Positions 34,082 to 43,270 of a stretch of DNA of 64,000 nt are shown one piece after another (the first letter of the stretch is position 1; each line of letters begins with the position of its first letter). This DNA is from an uncultured Dehalococcoidales bacterium (lineage in GTDB: Bacteria > Chloroflexota > Dehalococcoidia > GIF9 > AB-539-J10). Under the pieces are notes generated by a model. That model did not search any database, had not been told where the DNA came from, and saw only the letters and a list, made by a program, of their open reading frames with translations. Location of the stretch: positions 158,390 to 222,389 of the forward strand of contig CAZPGJ010000001.1 of assembly GCA_964586515.1 (NCBI GenBank), read 5' to 3'. A program made the translations under genes and the position numbers.

Positions 34082-35557
34082 TCATGATAGCCCCGCTCGC
34101 AATTTCTGTGTCAGAAACTTCATTTTCTCTTTTTTATCGGAAGATGCCAGACTATTTTTGCTGGCAATCAGACATGCCGAAGATTGGAAGAGCACATCAA
34201 TAATCTTCAATTTGTGCTGTTTGAGAGTCTTCCCTGTCTGGACATTGTCAATAAGCATGTCGGCATCCTCTGGTAAAAAAGCCTCGCTCGCCCCCCAGGT
34301 TGGGATTAGCTTGTAGGGGTTAATGTGATTGTCCCGAAGATACCTGTCGGCAATATTTATGTACTCCGAAGCTACTTTTAGAGGAGCAAACTTGCCGCTC
34401 TGAACAAGCGACCGCAATTCATCAACGTCGGCCGCAGGCATTTCCTGGCTCACGGCAGCGACAATTTTGACGGTGCCAAAGCCGAGAGCAAACAATTTCT
34501 TCACCGGGCTCGAGGGGAAGCGATAGAGGTGTTCCCGCAGCCAATCCTCACCGGTTATGGCTAAGTCGAAATTGCTATTAGCCACTTGCAGAGGCATATC
34601 CTGGGGCCTGATTACTTTAATGCCCAGCCAGTCTAAATCAGCGGAGGGCCGGCGGCTCACTACTTCTTCAGAATAGCCCTGAAGTGCCAGCCCGGCTTGC
34701 TTCAAAAACTGCGCAGCAGGTGCTTGCTGGTGCCCATCAGGCAAAGCCAGGTTGATTTCTTTGGCTGGCCACGAGGAGCGAGGAATCTTTAGTTTCTTAC
34801 AGATATCAAGCTCATGTTCTATTGGTGTCTGTGGCCCCGCCTGCCAAGCCTCGGCTCGCCTGCCGAAGTCGTACGGCGAGCAGGCGGGCAGGTCAGCGCT
34901 AAGCTGGGAGTCAAAACACACCAATATCTGGCTCAAATCCTTGTTCTCCAGGCTTTCTCGATTGGCTATTACAAAGGCCGTAACGGGGAGTATCTTTTCG
35001 AGGGGAATTAAACCTTGAGCTGCTATATGCGCTCCGCTCTTTCCCCAGAGCACCGCCAAATCGGCATTTTCCGGGGGATAAGCCTCAGTAGCTCCCCACA
35101 CCGGGAAAATCCTGAACCTTTTCATCCTGAGATTTAAGGCAAAAGCCTCAGCCAGATTAGGATACTCACTCACTATACGATAGCTTCTGCGGGCTGATAA
35201 CTCATTGAGACTGGTTATCCCAGCTTGAGCACTGGCAACCACGTGTATACCACCTTCGCCGTAATTTAGACTCGCTATTTTTACCAGGGCCCCAGCGGGA
35301 TATTTCACCAGAAATTCTTCAATCCAATCCAATCCACAAATTCCCAGGTCATAATTCCCGACAGCCACCTGGATGGGAATATCTTTTTCCTGAAGTATTT
35401 TGGCGGAAAGACTGGGAAACCTTGCCGAGCGCAGGCGATATTGCTTTGTTTTATCGCCATAACCATCAAATCCCACGTCTATCTGGGCAAGCAAGCTAGC
35501 TGTCGGCGATAGAAACCTGCCTTTAGGGAGAGCGAGTTTAATAGATTGATATTTCAT
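34082..35557 (-). CDS. hisG: ATP phosphoribosyltransferase, tandemly duplicated HisG-like protein (two HisG-type halves, 491 aa) with an in-frame repeat insertion between the halves
   Basis: The first half (LALPKGRFL...VAVGNYDLGICGLDW) and second half (INLALPDGHQQ...VANSNFDLAITGEDW) both match HisG. Residues ADLPACSPYDFGRRAEAWQAG come from the inverted repeat copy at ~34843-34904. Confidence 0.7.
   Translation of the reverse strand: MKYQSIKLALPKGRFLSPTASLLAQIDVGFDGYGDKTKQYRLRSARFPSLSAKILQEKDIPIQVAVGNYDLGICGLDWIEEFLVKYPAGALVKIASLNYGEGGIHVVASAQAGITSLNELSARRSYRIVSEYPNLAEAFALNLRMKRFRIFPVWGATEAYPPENADLAVLWGKSGAHIAAQGLIPLEKILPVTAFVIANRESLENKDLSQILVCFDSQLSADLPACSPYDFGRRAEAWQAGPQTPIEHELDICKKLKIPRSSWPAKEINLALPDGHQQAPAAQFLKQAGLALQGYSEEVVSRRPSADLDWLGIKVIRPQDMPLQVANSNFDLAITGEDWLREHLYRFPSSPVKKLFALGFGTVKIVAAVSQEMPAADVDELRSLVQSGKFAPLKVASEYINIADRYLRDNHINPYKLIPTWGASEAFLPEDADMLIDNVQTGKTLKQHKLKIIDVLFQSSACLIASKNSLASSDKKEKMKFLTQKLRAGLS
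34843..34904 (-). repeat. Core of the ~85-bp structured repeat in inverted orientation (termini degenerated), in frame in hisG
   Basis: Plus strand reads CCCGCCTGCCAAGCCTCGGCTCGCCTGCCGAAGTCGTACGGCGAGCAGGCGGGCAGGTC, the reverse complement of the repeat core. Confidence 0.75.
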
Positions 35558-35734
35558 AACGTCATTCTAAACATTATCAGCACCGAGTCACAACAGTGTG
35601 CCGATTACGGATGTCTTTGAAGCATTTTATCATCTACACCATCCATTGTATTACTTGCCATGTTGCCCAACATTTTGTATGTTTGTGAGGTGCTAAACGG
35701 ACTTGAGGTATCCAAGTGAACCGCAAACACCGTA

Positions 35735-36418
35735 TTATGTGCTGTACCCCTTGTTTTTCTCAATATCCACATTACTTATAGCAACATTAGGAAAGCAAAC
35801 TGCCATCATTCCCATCAGTACAATCAGGTAGCAATAAGACTGAAAGCAAATAAAGTCACATAGCTCAGGATCATTAATGATTTTTCCCACAGAGTAGCCC
35901 AATCTCGTATCATCAAGTTGAACTATGTTCCATTGTGAACCAACAGGGTCACCATGCACAATGTGACCAAAGGTTTCGCATATCTGCTTCGCTGTTGTGA
36001 TGTCGGCATTGTCGCTCATTGTTTCGAGCATTTTTGTGAGGCTTGGTCTCTCCCGCAATTGCCAACCATTTTGCCAAACTTCAACTTCATCAGGATAGGT
36101 GTTGAGATATGAAATGATGGCAGCACGTTCGATCAGCGGTCGCATAAGCACTAAGGCTCCAAAAAGGTAACCCTGCCGAATGAGTTCCCGGATTGTCAAA
36201 GCAAGGTTGATTCCCTGAGGGATGATCTGGCAAGCTGCTTTTTGAAGGTCCGATAACTCAGCTTGGTGGGTGTAAGCGGCAATATCTGCATTTGCCTCCA
36301 AGCAAGATATGATAACCTGATCGAATTGAAAAACCGACTCTCTGCCTAGATAAGGCTCATTTGATGGCAAATACACCGCTTCATGATTATTTTTTTTGTT
36401 TTCTAGGGGACTATTCAC
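35735..36418 (-). CDS. Hypothetical protein (227 aa), lower-GC gene between hisG and the hisZ-like gene
   Basis: Long ORF; no recognisable family. Confidence 0.4.
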   Translation of the reverse strand: MNSPLENKKNNHEAVYLPSNEPYLGRESVFQFDQVIISCLEANADIAAYTHQAELSDLQKAACQIIPQGINLALTIRELIRQGYLFGALVLMRPLIERAAIISYLNTYPDEVEVWQNGWQLRERPSLTKMLETMSDNADITTAKQICETFGHIVHGDPVGSQWNIVQLDDTRLGYSVGKIINDPELCDFICFQSYCYLIVLMGMMAVCFPNVAISNVDIEKNKGYST

Positions 36419-36488
36419 AAATTTACCTCGTTGCCGACATTTTGTCTAACTTGTGTGTAACTGCACTGCGGTTATGCACAACACTCTT

Positions 36489-37727
36489 TCATTTCGCGCC
36501 TATTATGTCAATAATATCTGCTGGGGAGGTTACGTTTCGCTGTCGTCCTTGCTTACAGTCCTTGAGCCTGAACGGCTTCTTGGCGGAAACCGAGACAACC
36601 CAGCGATAGGTACTCTCTTCCTGACCACCTAAGCCAAGCTCCGTGGCATATCCGGCGTCACGAAGCGATTCCGCCACAGCAAAGCACTTCTTTACTATTT
36701 CGGGAGTCGATTCCTTACCTTTAACTAAAATTCCACGTTCGCCCTTTTTCTCTTTCTCCAGCGGCAGCAATTTCATTATAGGGTCCACATATAGGGCAAA
36801 TCCGCAGGCAGGGACGTCCTTGCCATTCATAAGGGGCACAAGCTTATCATATCTTCCTCCGCCACCTATCTTTTCCCCAGCAGCCAGGAACTGAAAACAG
36901 ATTCCAGTATAATACTCAAAACCATGTATGGCCGCGATATCGATTTCATAGCTGCAACCCAGGTTATCCAGTAATGTGGTAATGCTGAGGAGGTCCTCCA
37001 GGCTGGACTTGAAGTCCTGCGACGCTTTGGGGAATGAAGCTCTGACATTGTGTAGAAAGCTGCTCGATTTCCCCTTGAGGCCCAATAACGCAGCCATGAG
37101 CCTGTCGATTTCGGGGCTAGTGGATTTCGCCCTGGTCAATGCTTGCCAATTTCCTTCTAAAATGCGGTTCGTCATCTTAGCTTCCTCAGCGGGGCTGAGC
37201 TTAAACTCCTTGAGCAGCGCCTTCACCAAGCCAGCATGGGACACTTGCAGCCCGACATTGCTGATGCCAAGGCTGCGGATAACCTCTTCAGCCAGCAGAA
37301 CTATCTCCACATCCGGGGCAGATTGGGCACCACCGAAAAACTCAGCACCACATTGCCAGCGCTCCCTGTTCTCTTTTCCCGTTCCCTCGAAAGCAAAGAT
37401 ATTAGTCACATAGAAAAGCCTGGCTAATTCTTGTCCGCTCAGATTGTCGATGTAGAGCCTGGCCACAGGAATAGTACCATCTGGCCTCAAGACGACTCGC
37501 TCACCGCTCCAGCCATCCCAATCGAGAAAGGAATATACCTTGCTTAACATGCTCGGCGTGAGTGTTCCCGTAGCTGTAAACAAATAGAGGTATTCTAAAG
37601 TTGGCGTCCTCACCTCCTGGTAGCCCCAGTTACGACAACAAGTCCGGAAGGTATCTTCAATACGACGAAAGCGCAACATGTCCTCGGGGAGCAAGTCCTG
37701 CATTCCCTTACACTTTTGGTTTTTCAT
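36489..37727 (-). CDS. hisZ: Histidyl-tRNA-synthetase-like protein with degenerate class-II motif 2; probable ATP-PRT regulatory subunit HisZ (or a HisS paralog)
   Basis: HisRS-like N-terminus (MQDLLPEDMLRF...GYQEVRTPTLE) and motif-3-like GGGRYDKLV. Motif 2 lacks the conserved FRYE/arginine (FAFEGTGKENRERWQ). Located next to the his operon. Confidence 0.5.
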   Translation of the reverse strand: MKNQKCKGMQDLLPEDMLRFRRIEDTFRTCCRNWGYQEVRTPTLEYLYLFTATGTLTPSMLSKVYSFLDWDGWSGERVVLRPDGTIPVARLYIDNLSGQELARLFYVTNIFAFEGTGKENRERWQCGAEFFGGAQSAPDVEIVLLAEEVIRSLGISNVGLQVSHAGLVKALLKEFKLSPAEEAKMTNRILEGNWQALTRAKSTSPEIDRLMAALLGLKGKSSSFLHNVRASFPKASQDFKSSLEDLLSITTLLDNLGCSYEIDIAAIHGFEYYTGICFQFLAAGEKIGGGGRYDKLVPLMNGKDVPACGFALYVDPIMKLLPLEKEKKGERGILVKGKESTPEIVKKCFAVAESLRDAGYATELGLGGQEESTYRWVVSVSAKKPFRLKDCKQGRQRNVTSPADIIDIIGAK

Positions 37728-37837
37728 CCTTAGCCTATTCTACACTAAGCTGTGTCCAGCTTCAATAATGATGAACCTGAGAGTTTTTTTGTTGCTTTTA
37801 GTCGCTTAGTTTATAATTAACTTGAGGATAATGCGAG

Positions 37838-39154
37838 ATGCTGAGAACCGGGCTTAAGGTTTTCTTCCTTGCCTGCCTTGTGATGCCAATAGTTGCGGGT
37901 TTAGGAGGCAGCCTGATTGCTGCCGCCAACCCTACTACTGTAGAAGTTCTTACCGTGGATGGCACCATTGTGCCCGTGATAGCTGATTATATTGATCGGG
38001 GTATCAGCCAGGCGGAGAAGGATGGCGCTACTGTCTGCATAATTGAGCTAAATACCCCCGGTGGGCTTCTTGACTCAACCGAGAAGATAGTCCAGAGGAT
38101 TATGAATGCCGACGTGCCCATCGTGGTTTACGTCTCACCCAAAGGCGCCTGGGCTGCCTCAGCGGGAACCTTCATTACTCTATCTGCTAATATAGCGGCG
38201 ATGACGCCGGGCACGACTATCGGCGCTGCCCATCCCGTAACTACTGGAGGAGCGAATATATCAGAAGACGAAATGAAAAAAATAGTCGAGTTCTCGGCTA
38301 AGTGGATGAGGACTATAGCTGAGGAGCGTGGCCGCAATATGGAAGAAGCCGAGCTAGCAGTTACGGAAAGCAAAGCATTTACCGATGTTGATGCCTTGGA
38401 ATGTAACCTTATCAACCTGCGAGCTGACAGTTTGGAAAGCCTTATTTCCCAAATCAATGGCTGGAACGTTACTTTAGCCAGTGGCAAGGAAGTCACCATT
38501 GATACTACGAACTATGGTTTAACTAGAAACGGAATGAATGACATTGAGAAATTTCTGCAAACCATCAGCGACCCCAACATTGCCTACATCCTCTTTACCC
38601 TGGCTACCATAGGGTTGATTGTTGAGATTTCCAGCCCGGGGCTGGTTTTTCCAGGGGTGGCTGGTGGCATCAGCTTATTCCTGGCGTTTTACTCCCTGGG
38701 TGTGCTTAATGCTTACTGGGGAGGCATAGCACTTATTTTACTTGCCGTGGGACTTTTTATCGCCGAGTACTTCACCCATAGTTTTGGGCTATTGACTGCC
38801 GGGGGGGCAGCCTCGTTGGTCATGGGCTCGTTGCTATTATTCAGCCACAGCCCGGGCATAGCGGTAGATAAGAGGCTAATTGCCGGGGTTACAGTAGGCT
38901 TTACCGCTTTCGCTGTCTTTGTCATCGGCGCCATTATCCGCGGGCAAAGGCGCCGCAAGGCTACCGGGGCTGAGGGGATGATTGGGACAATAGCCATCGC
39001 CAAAACACCCCTCGACCCTACGGGCACAGTTCTGGCCCAGGGAGAATTATGGACGGCGTCATCGGAAAGCGGCAGAATAGCACCGGGTGAAGAGGTGATA
39101 ATATCCAGAGTGGAAGGATTGAAATTATGGGTGGCAAAGAAATTAAAAGAATAG
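37838..39154 (+). CDS. NfeD-family membrane-bound serine protease (ClpP-like domain + TM segments + C-terminal OB-fold), the stomatin-operon partner protein
   Basis: ClpP-class region (IIELNTPGGLLDSTEKIV...AASAGTFI), multiple TM helices, and an NfeD-type C-terminal OB domain. Confidence 0.75.
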   Translation: MLRTGLKVFFLACLVMPIVAGLGGSLIAAANPTTVEVLTVDGTIVPVIADYIDRGISQAEKDGATVCIIELNTPGGLLDSTEKIVQRIMNADVPIVVYVSPKGAWAASAGTFITLSANIAAMTPGTTIGAAHPVTTGGANISEDEMKKIVEFSAKWMRTIAEERGRNMEEAELAVTESKAFTDVDALECNLINLRADSLESLISQINGWNVTLASGKEVTIDTTNYGLTRNGMNDIEKFLQTISDPNIAYILFTLATIGLIVEISSPGLVFPGVAGGISLFLAFYSLGVLNAYWGGIALILLAVGLFIAEYFTHSFGLLTAGGAASLVMGSLLLFSHSPGIAVDKRLIAGVTVGFTAFAVFVIGAIIRGQRRRKATGAEGMIGTIAIAKTPLDPTGTVLAQGELWTASSESGRIAPGEEVIISRVEGLKLWVAKKLKE

Positions 39155-39166
39155 GAAGCTAGTACC

Positions 39167-39472
39167 GTGGAAATACCAGGTCCAATTATCATAGCCATAG
39201 TTTTTGCCGTCGCTTTTATCATTTTCGTTATTTACGCCATCGTAAAAGGCCAGATGCGAAAACTCTCCGCTGGTGTAGAGGAAATGATAGGAAAGGAAGC
39301 TGTAGTGCAAACGACCCTCAACCCTAAGGGCACGGTTCTGGCTGAAGGAGAGCTATGGACAGCTATAGCCGAAGGTAGTAAAATAGAACCCGGAGAGGAG
39401 GTGATAATAACCAAAGTAGAAGGATTGAAATTGTGGGTGACCAAAAAATCTAAAGAAAAGGAGAAGGAATGA
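39167..39472 (+). CDS. Short NfeD-like protein (TM helix + OB-fold), a paralog of the C-terminus of the upstream gene
   Basis: GKEAVVQTTLNPKGTVLAEGELWTAIAEGSKIEPGEEVIITKVEGLKLWV parallels residues 370-430 of the preceding protein. Confidence 0.7.
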   Translation: MEIPGPIIIAIVFAVAFIIFVIYAIVKGQMRKLSAGVEEMIGKEAVVQTTLNPKGTVLAEGELWTAIAEGSKIEPGEEVIITKVEGLKLWVTKKSKEKEKE

Positions 39473-40236
39473 ACGTATTTATTTATGTTATTATCGCAAT
39501 AGTAGTAATAATACTTCTGTCAGCAGCTATCAAGATCGTTCGAGAGTATGAAAGAGGGGGTGTTTTCCGCCTGGGCAGGTGGGTTGGCCTCAGGGGGCCA
39601 GGTCTGGTCTTCATTATACCTTTCGTTGAGATTATGCGGAAACTTGACCTTCGGGTAATCACCATGGATGTTCCCCAGCAAGAGTGCATCACCGTGGACA
39701 ATGTTACTGTCAGGGTTGATGCCGTAATTTACTTTCGGGTGGTCGAGGCCTCAGATGCTATTCTCAAGGTACTCGATTATATCAAGGCAACTTCGCTGCT
39801 TGCCCAGACCACTTTGCGAAATGTTGTCGGACAATCTACGCTGGATGAGTTGTTAGGCCAGCGGGACAGGCTCAACGAAAAGATACAGACGGTGGTTGAT
39901 GAAGGCACTAATCCCTGGGGTATAAAGGTGAGCATGGTGGAGGTTAAGGATGTGCAACTGCCGCAAACAATGCAGCGGGCTATGGCAGCCCAAGCTGAGG
40001 CTGAGCGAGAGAGGAGAGCCAAGGTGGTTCATGCCGAGGGTGAAGCCCAGGCGGCAGAGAAATTGGCCGCGGCTGCCAAAATTATTTCCAGTCAGCCTTC
40101 AGCTCTACAGCTTCGCTATTTGCAGACATTGACTGCCATTGTTACAGAAAAGACTAATACCATACTGTTCCCCATACCCATAGATATAATAACTCCTCTT
40201 TTGGGCAAGGCTAGTGGGTCAGAGAAAAGTAAATAA
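39469..40236 (+). CDS. SPFH/band-7 (stomatin/prohibitin-like) protein
   Basis: SPFH domain pattern (IKIVREYERGGVFRLGRW...DVPQQECITVDNVTVRVDAVIYFRV) and a coiled-coil AEAERERRAK region. Confidence 0.85.
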   Translation: MNVFIYVIIAIVVIILLSAAIKIVREYERGGVFRLGRWVGLRGPGLVFIIPFVEIMRKLDLRVITMDVPQQECITVDNVTVRVDAVIYFRVVEASDAILKVLDYIKATSLLAQTTLRNVVGQSTLDELLGQRDRLNEKIQTVVDEGTNPWGIKVSMVEVKDVQLPQTMQRAMAAQAEAERERRAKVVHAEGEAQAAEKLAAAAKIISSQPSALQLRYLQTLTAIVTEKTNTILFPIPIDIITPLLGKASGSEKSK

Positions 40237-40283
40237 TGTGACATAACCCGTGCCAATAGCACTTAGCGAGGGCGCTTAGTAAT

Positions 40284-40455
40284 GTCATTCTGGGAGTCCA
40301 AATGAAGTTGGACGAAGAATCTCTGGACATTGTCGTGAGCTATGCGAAGGGCTCAGAATGACACATCATTCTGTCATTGCGAGGCATGAGACGGTGCCGA
40401 AGCAATCTCAGTGGGGCAGAGGATTGCCACGCACCTTTCAGGTGCTCGCAATGAC
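40284..40455 (+). repeat. Compound cluster of TIR-bounded short elements (GTCATTCTGGG...CTCAGAATGAC; GTCATTGCGAG...GAAGCAATCTCA...CTCGCAATGAC) in the SPFH-mcm spacer
   Basis: Several nested inverted terminal motifs of the GTCATT[GC/CT]GAG family read directly. Confidence 0.6.
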
Positions 40456-40517
40456 AAAAGTGATACCTGGATCCGAGAGACTCCATCGGGCAAATTTTCT
40501 TAACTCAGGGGGTAGCT

Positions 40518-42173
40518 ATGGCCAATAAAACTAAGCAGGAATGGCATGAAACTACACTGACTCCGGCTTTAAAGCGTGCCGCCGAGCGCCAGGAGAAGTT
40601 TGAAACCAGCTCCGGCGTGGAGATTGACGCTGTTTACACACCGGAGGACTTGGTAAATTTTGACTACGCTCGAGATTTAGGCTACCCCGGAGAGTATCCC
40701 TTCACTCGGGGTGTCCAGGCAAATATGTATCGGGGTAGAATATGGACAATACGCCAGTACGCTGGCTTTGGTACTGCTGAGGAAACTAACCAGAGGTACC
40801 GCTATCTCCTAGAGCAAGGGCAGACGGGCCTGAGCATAGCCTTCGACCTGCCCACACAAATTGGCTATGACTCTGACCATCCCTTAGCTAGAGGCGAGGT
40901 GGGCAAGGTCGGTGTTGCCATAGACAGCCTCCGGGATATGGAGATTCTTTTCCAGGATATACCTCTGGATAAGGTAAGCACCTCCATGACCATAAATGCC
41001 ACTGCCCCGATTCTTCTTGCCATGTATATTGCCCTGGGCAAGAAACAAGGAGTTGAGCTCGCTGAATTAAACGGCACTACTCAAAATGACATACTCAAGG
41101 AGTACATTGCCCGCGGCACTCACATCTTCCCACCCCGTCCTTCCATGCAGTTGACCACTGATATATTTGCCTATTGCGCCAAGCAAGTCCCTCGCTGGAA
41201 TACCATCAGCATCAGTGGTTACCATATACGAGAAGCTGGTTCCACCGCGGCCCAAGAAATTGGCTTCACCCTGGCTAACGGTATTGCTTATGTTCAGGCA
41301 GCTATTGATGCTGGACTTGATGTAGATACATTTGCTCCCAGGCTATCATTCTTCTTCAATAGCCATGTCAACTTTTTTGAAGAGATTGCCAAATTCAGGG
41401 CGGCACGCCGCCTCTGGGCGAAGATTATGAGAGAGAGGTTTGGGGCTAAAAATTCACGTTCCTGGATGCTTCGCTTCCACACTCAAACTGCCGGATGCAG
41501 TCTCACTGCGCCACAGCCACATAATAATATTATGCGGACAGCCATAGAAGCCCTGGCTGCAACCTTAGGAGGTACTCAATCACTGCACACTAACTCTTTT
41601 GACGAAGCTTATGCTCCGCCTTCTGAAGAAGCAGTAACCATAGCTGTGCGGACTCAGCAAATACTAGCTTATGAAAATGGCATTGCCGATGTTGTTGATC
41701 CCCTTGGTGGCTCTTATTATATAGAACATCTAACCGACAGCCTGGAAAAGGAAGCTGGGGAGTATATCACCAAAATTGATAACCTTGGTGGTGCCGTAGC
41801 TGCCATAGAGCAAGGATATCAACAGAGGGAAATTCAGGACTCCTCTTACCACTACCAGAAAGAAATTGAAAGCGAAAAACGTACCGTGGTAGGGGTAAAC
41901 AAATTCGTCTCTCCCTACCCTAAAATAGTGGGGCTGCTGCGAGTCAAGCCGGAAGTGGAAAAAAGACAGAGGGAGAGGACTGCCCAGGTTAGGAAAGACA
42001 GAAACAACGACAAAGTCAAGCAGGCGCTTAAGCGATTGGAAGATGTCGCCCGCAGCAAGGATAATACCATGCCCGCCTTTCTTGAATGTGTGGAGGCCTA
42101 CGCCACCGTGGGTGAGATATGTAATGTACTGCGCGGGATTTTTTCTACCCAAAAGGAATTCCTGGTTTTTTAG
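40518..42173 (+). CDS. Methylmalonyl-CoA mutase, large catalytic (N-terminal, TIM-barrel) subunit
   Basis: 551 aa with MCM substrate-binding barrel motifs. No B12-binding domain; that is encoded separately at 42860. Confidence 0.85.
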   Translation: MANKTKQEWHETTLTPALKRAAERQEKFETSSGVEIDAVYTPEDLVNFDYARDLGYPGEYPFTRGVQANMYRGRIWTIRQYAGFGTAEETNQRYRYLLEQGQTGLSIAFDLPTQIGYDSDHPLARGEVGKVGVAIDSLRDMEILFQDIPLDKVSTSMTINATAPILLAMYIALGKKQGVELAELNGTTQNDILKEYIARGTHIFPPRPSMQLTTDIFAYCAKQVPRWNTISISGYHIREAGSTAAQEIGFTLANGIAYVQAAIDAGLDVDTFAPRLSFFFNSHVNFFEEIAKFRAARRLWAKIMRERFGAKNSRSWMLRFHTQTAGCSLTAPQPHNNIMRTAIEALAATLGGTQSLHTNSFDEAYAPPSEEAVTIAVRTQQILAYENGIADVVDPLGGSYYIEHLTDSLEKEAGEYITKIDNLGGAVAAIEQGYQQREIQDSSYHYQKEIESEKRTVVGVNKFVSPYPKIVGLLRVKPEVEKRQRERTAQVRKDRNNDKVKQALKRLEDVARSKDNTMPAFLECVEAYATVGEICNVLRGIFSTQKEFLVF

Positions 42174-42341
42174 GAGGTAGTTTTACCATTTGAGGACGCA
42201 AAAAATGTAGTTGCCCAATTCATTGGGCAAAGAGCCTGATAAATCAGGCAACTACAGAAATCTGGAGGTGAAAGCCTTCAGAATGCCTAAACGTGAACGG
42301 GAAAACAAAATTAAACAGCCTATGGTTTTAAAGGAGGTGAA

Positions 42342-42740
42342 ATGGCCAAAAAAGTTGACCACATCGGTATTTTAGTCAGCAACCTCGATGAAGCGATAAA
42401 ACTTTACGAAGATTGTTTCGGTGCTGAGGTTGGCAAGATTGAAACCCTCTCGGAGCGAGGAGTAAAGGCAGCCATCCTTTCCCTAGCCCAGGGCGCCAAT
42501 CTGGAACTTTTGGAACCACTTCCCGGCAGTAATATGGCTAAAGTCCTGGAGAACAGAGGGGAGGGCCTTCATCATATAACGTTTGAAGTTGACGATGTAG
42601 ATAAGGAGCTTAGCCGCCTCTCTCAAAGGGGGATAGAATTAATTGATAAGAAGGCTCGCCCTGGTTTAGAGGGCATGGTAGCTTTCATTCACCCCAAATC
42701 GCTTAGAGGGGTGCTCGTTGAGCTTTGTCAGAAAACCTAA
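42342..42740 (+). CDS. Methylmalonyl-CoA epimerase (VOC/glyoxalase fold)
   Basis: MAKKVDHIGILVSNLDEAIKLYE...GLHHITFEVDD; VOC family, between the MCM subunits. Confidence 0.75.
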   Translation: MAKKVDHIGILVSNLDEAIKLYEDCFGAEVGKIETLSERGVKAAILSLAQGANLELLEPLPGSNMAKVLENRGEGLHHITFEVDDVDKELSRLSQRGIELIDKKARPGLEGMVAFIHPKSLRGVLVELCQKT

Positions 42741-42859
42741 ATCAACCCCCAAAAAGTCTTGCGACTCTTTGGGGATCTAGGGTAAATTTGATTCTAAATT
42801 AAAAGGGCCCTCGCGAAAATCGCAAGATTTTCGTGGGTGGTTTAGAGAGGGAGTAGACT

Positions 42860-43270
42860 ATGAACAAAGGTAGGATTCGTGTTCTGCTAGCCAAGCCTGG
42901 TTTAGATGGGCATGACCGAGGTGCTAAAGTGGTAGCGAGGGCTCTGCGGGATGCCGGCATGGAGGTAATCTATACTGGTATCCGACAAACTCCCGAGATG
43001 ATTGTCGAGGCAGCTATCCAGGAGGATGTAGATGTTATTGGGTTGAGCATCCTGTCGGGAGCTCATTTAGAGCTCTTTCCACCAATCGTAGAAGGATTAA
43101 GGAAGAAAGGAAGAGCAGATGCCCTGGTTATCGCTGGTGGCATAATACCTGAGGATGATATTCCCGCCTTACAACAAATGGGCGTAAAAGCTGTTTTTGG
43201 CCCGGGCACTTCCACAGAGGACATCATCCGCTTCATCCACAAGGAAATAACCCAGCACTCAGCGTGCTGA
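42860..43270 (+). CDS. Methylmalonyl-CoA mutase B12-binding subunit (cobalamin-binding Rossmann domain, DxHxxG)
   Basis: [16 protein letters not shown] motif. The last codons and the stop lie inside the CCCAGCACTCA palindrome. Confidence 0.85.
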   Translation: MNKGRIRVLLAKPGLDGHDRGAKVVARALRDAGMEVIYTGIRQTPEMIVEAAIQEDVDVIGLSILSGAHLELFPPIVEGLRKKGRADALVIAGGIIPEDDIPALQQMGVKAVFGPGTSTEDIIRFIHKEITQHSAC

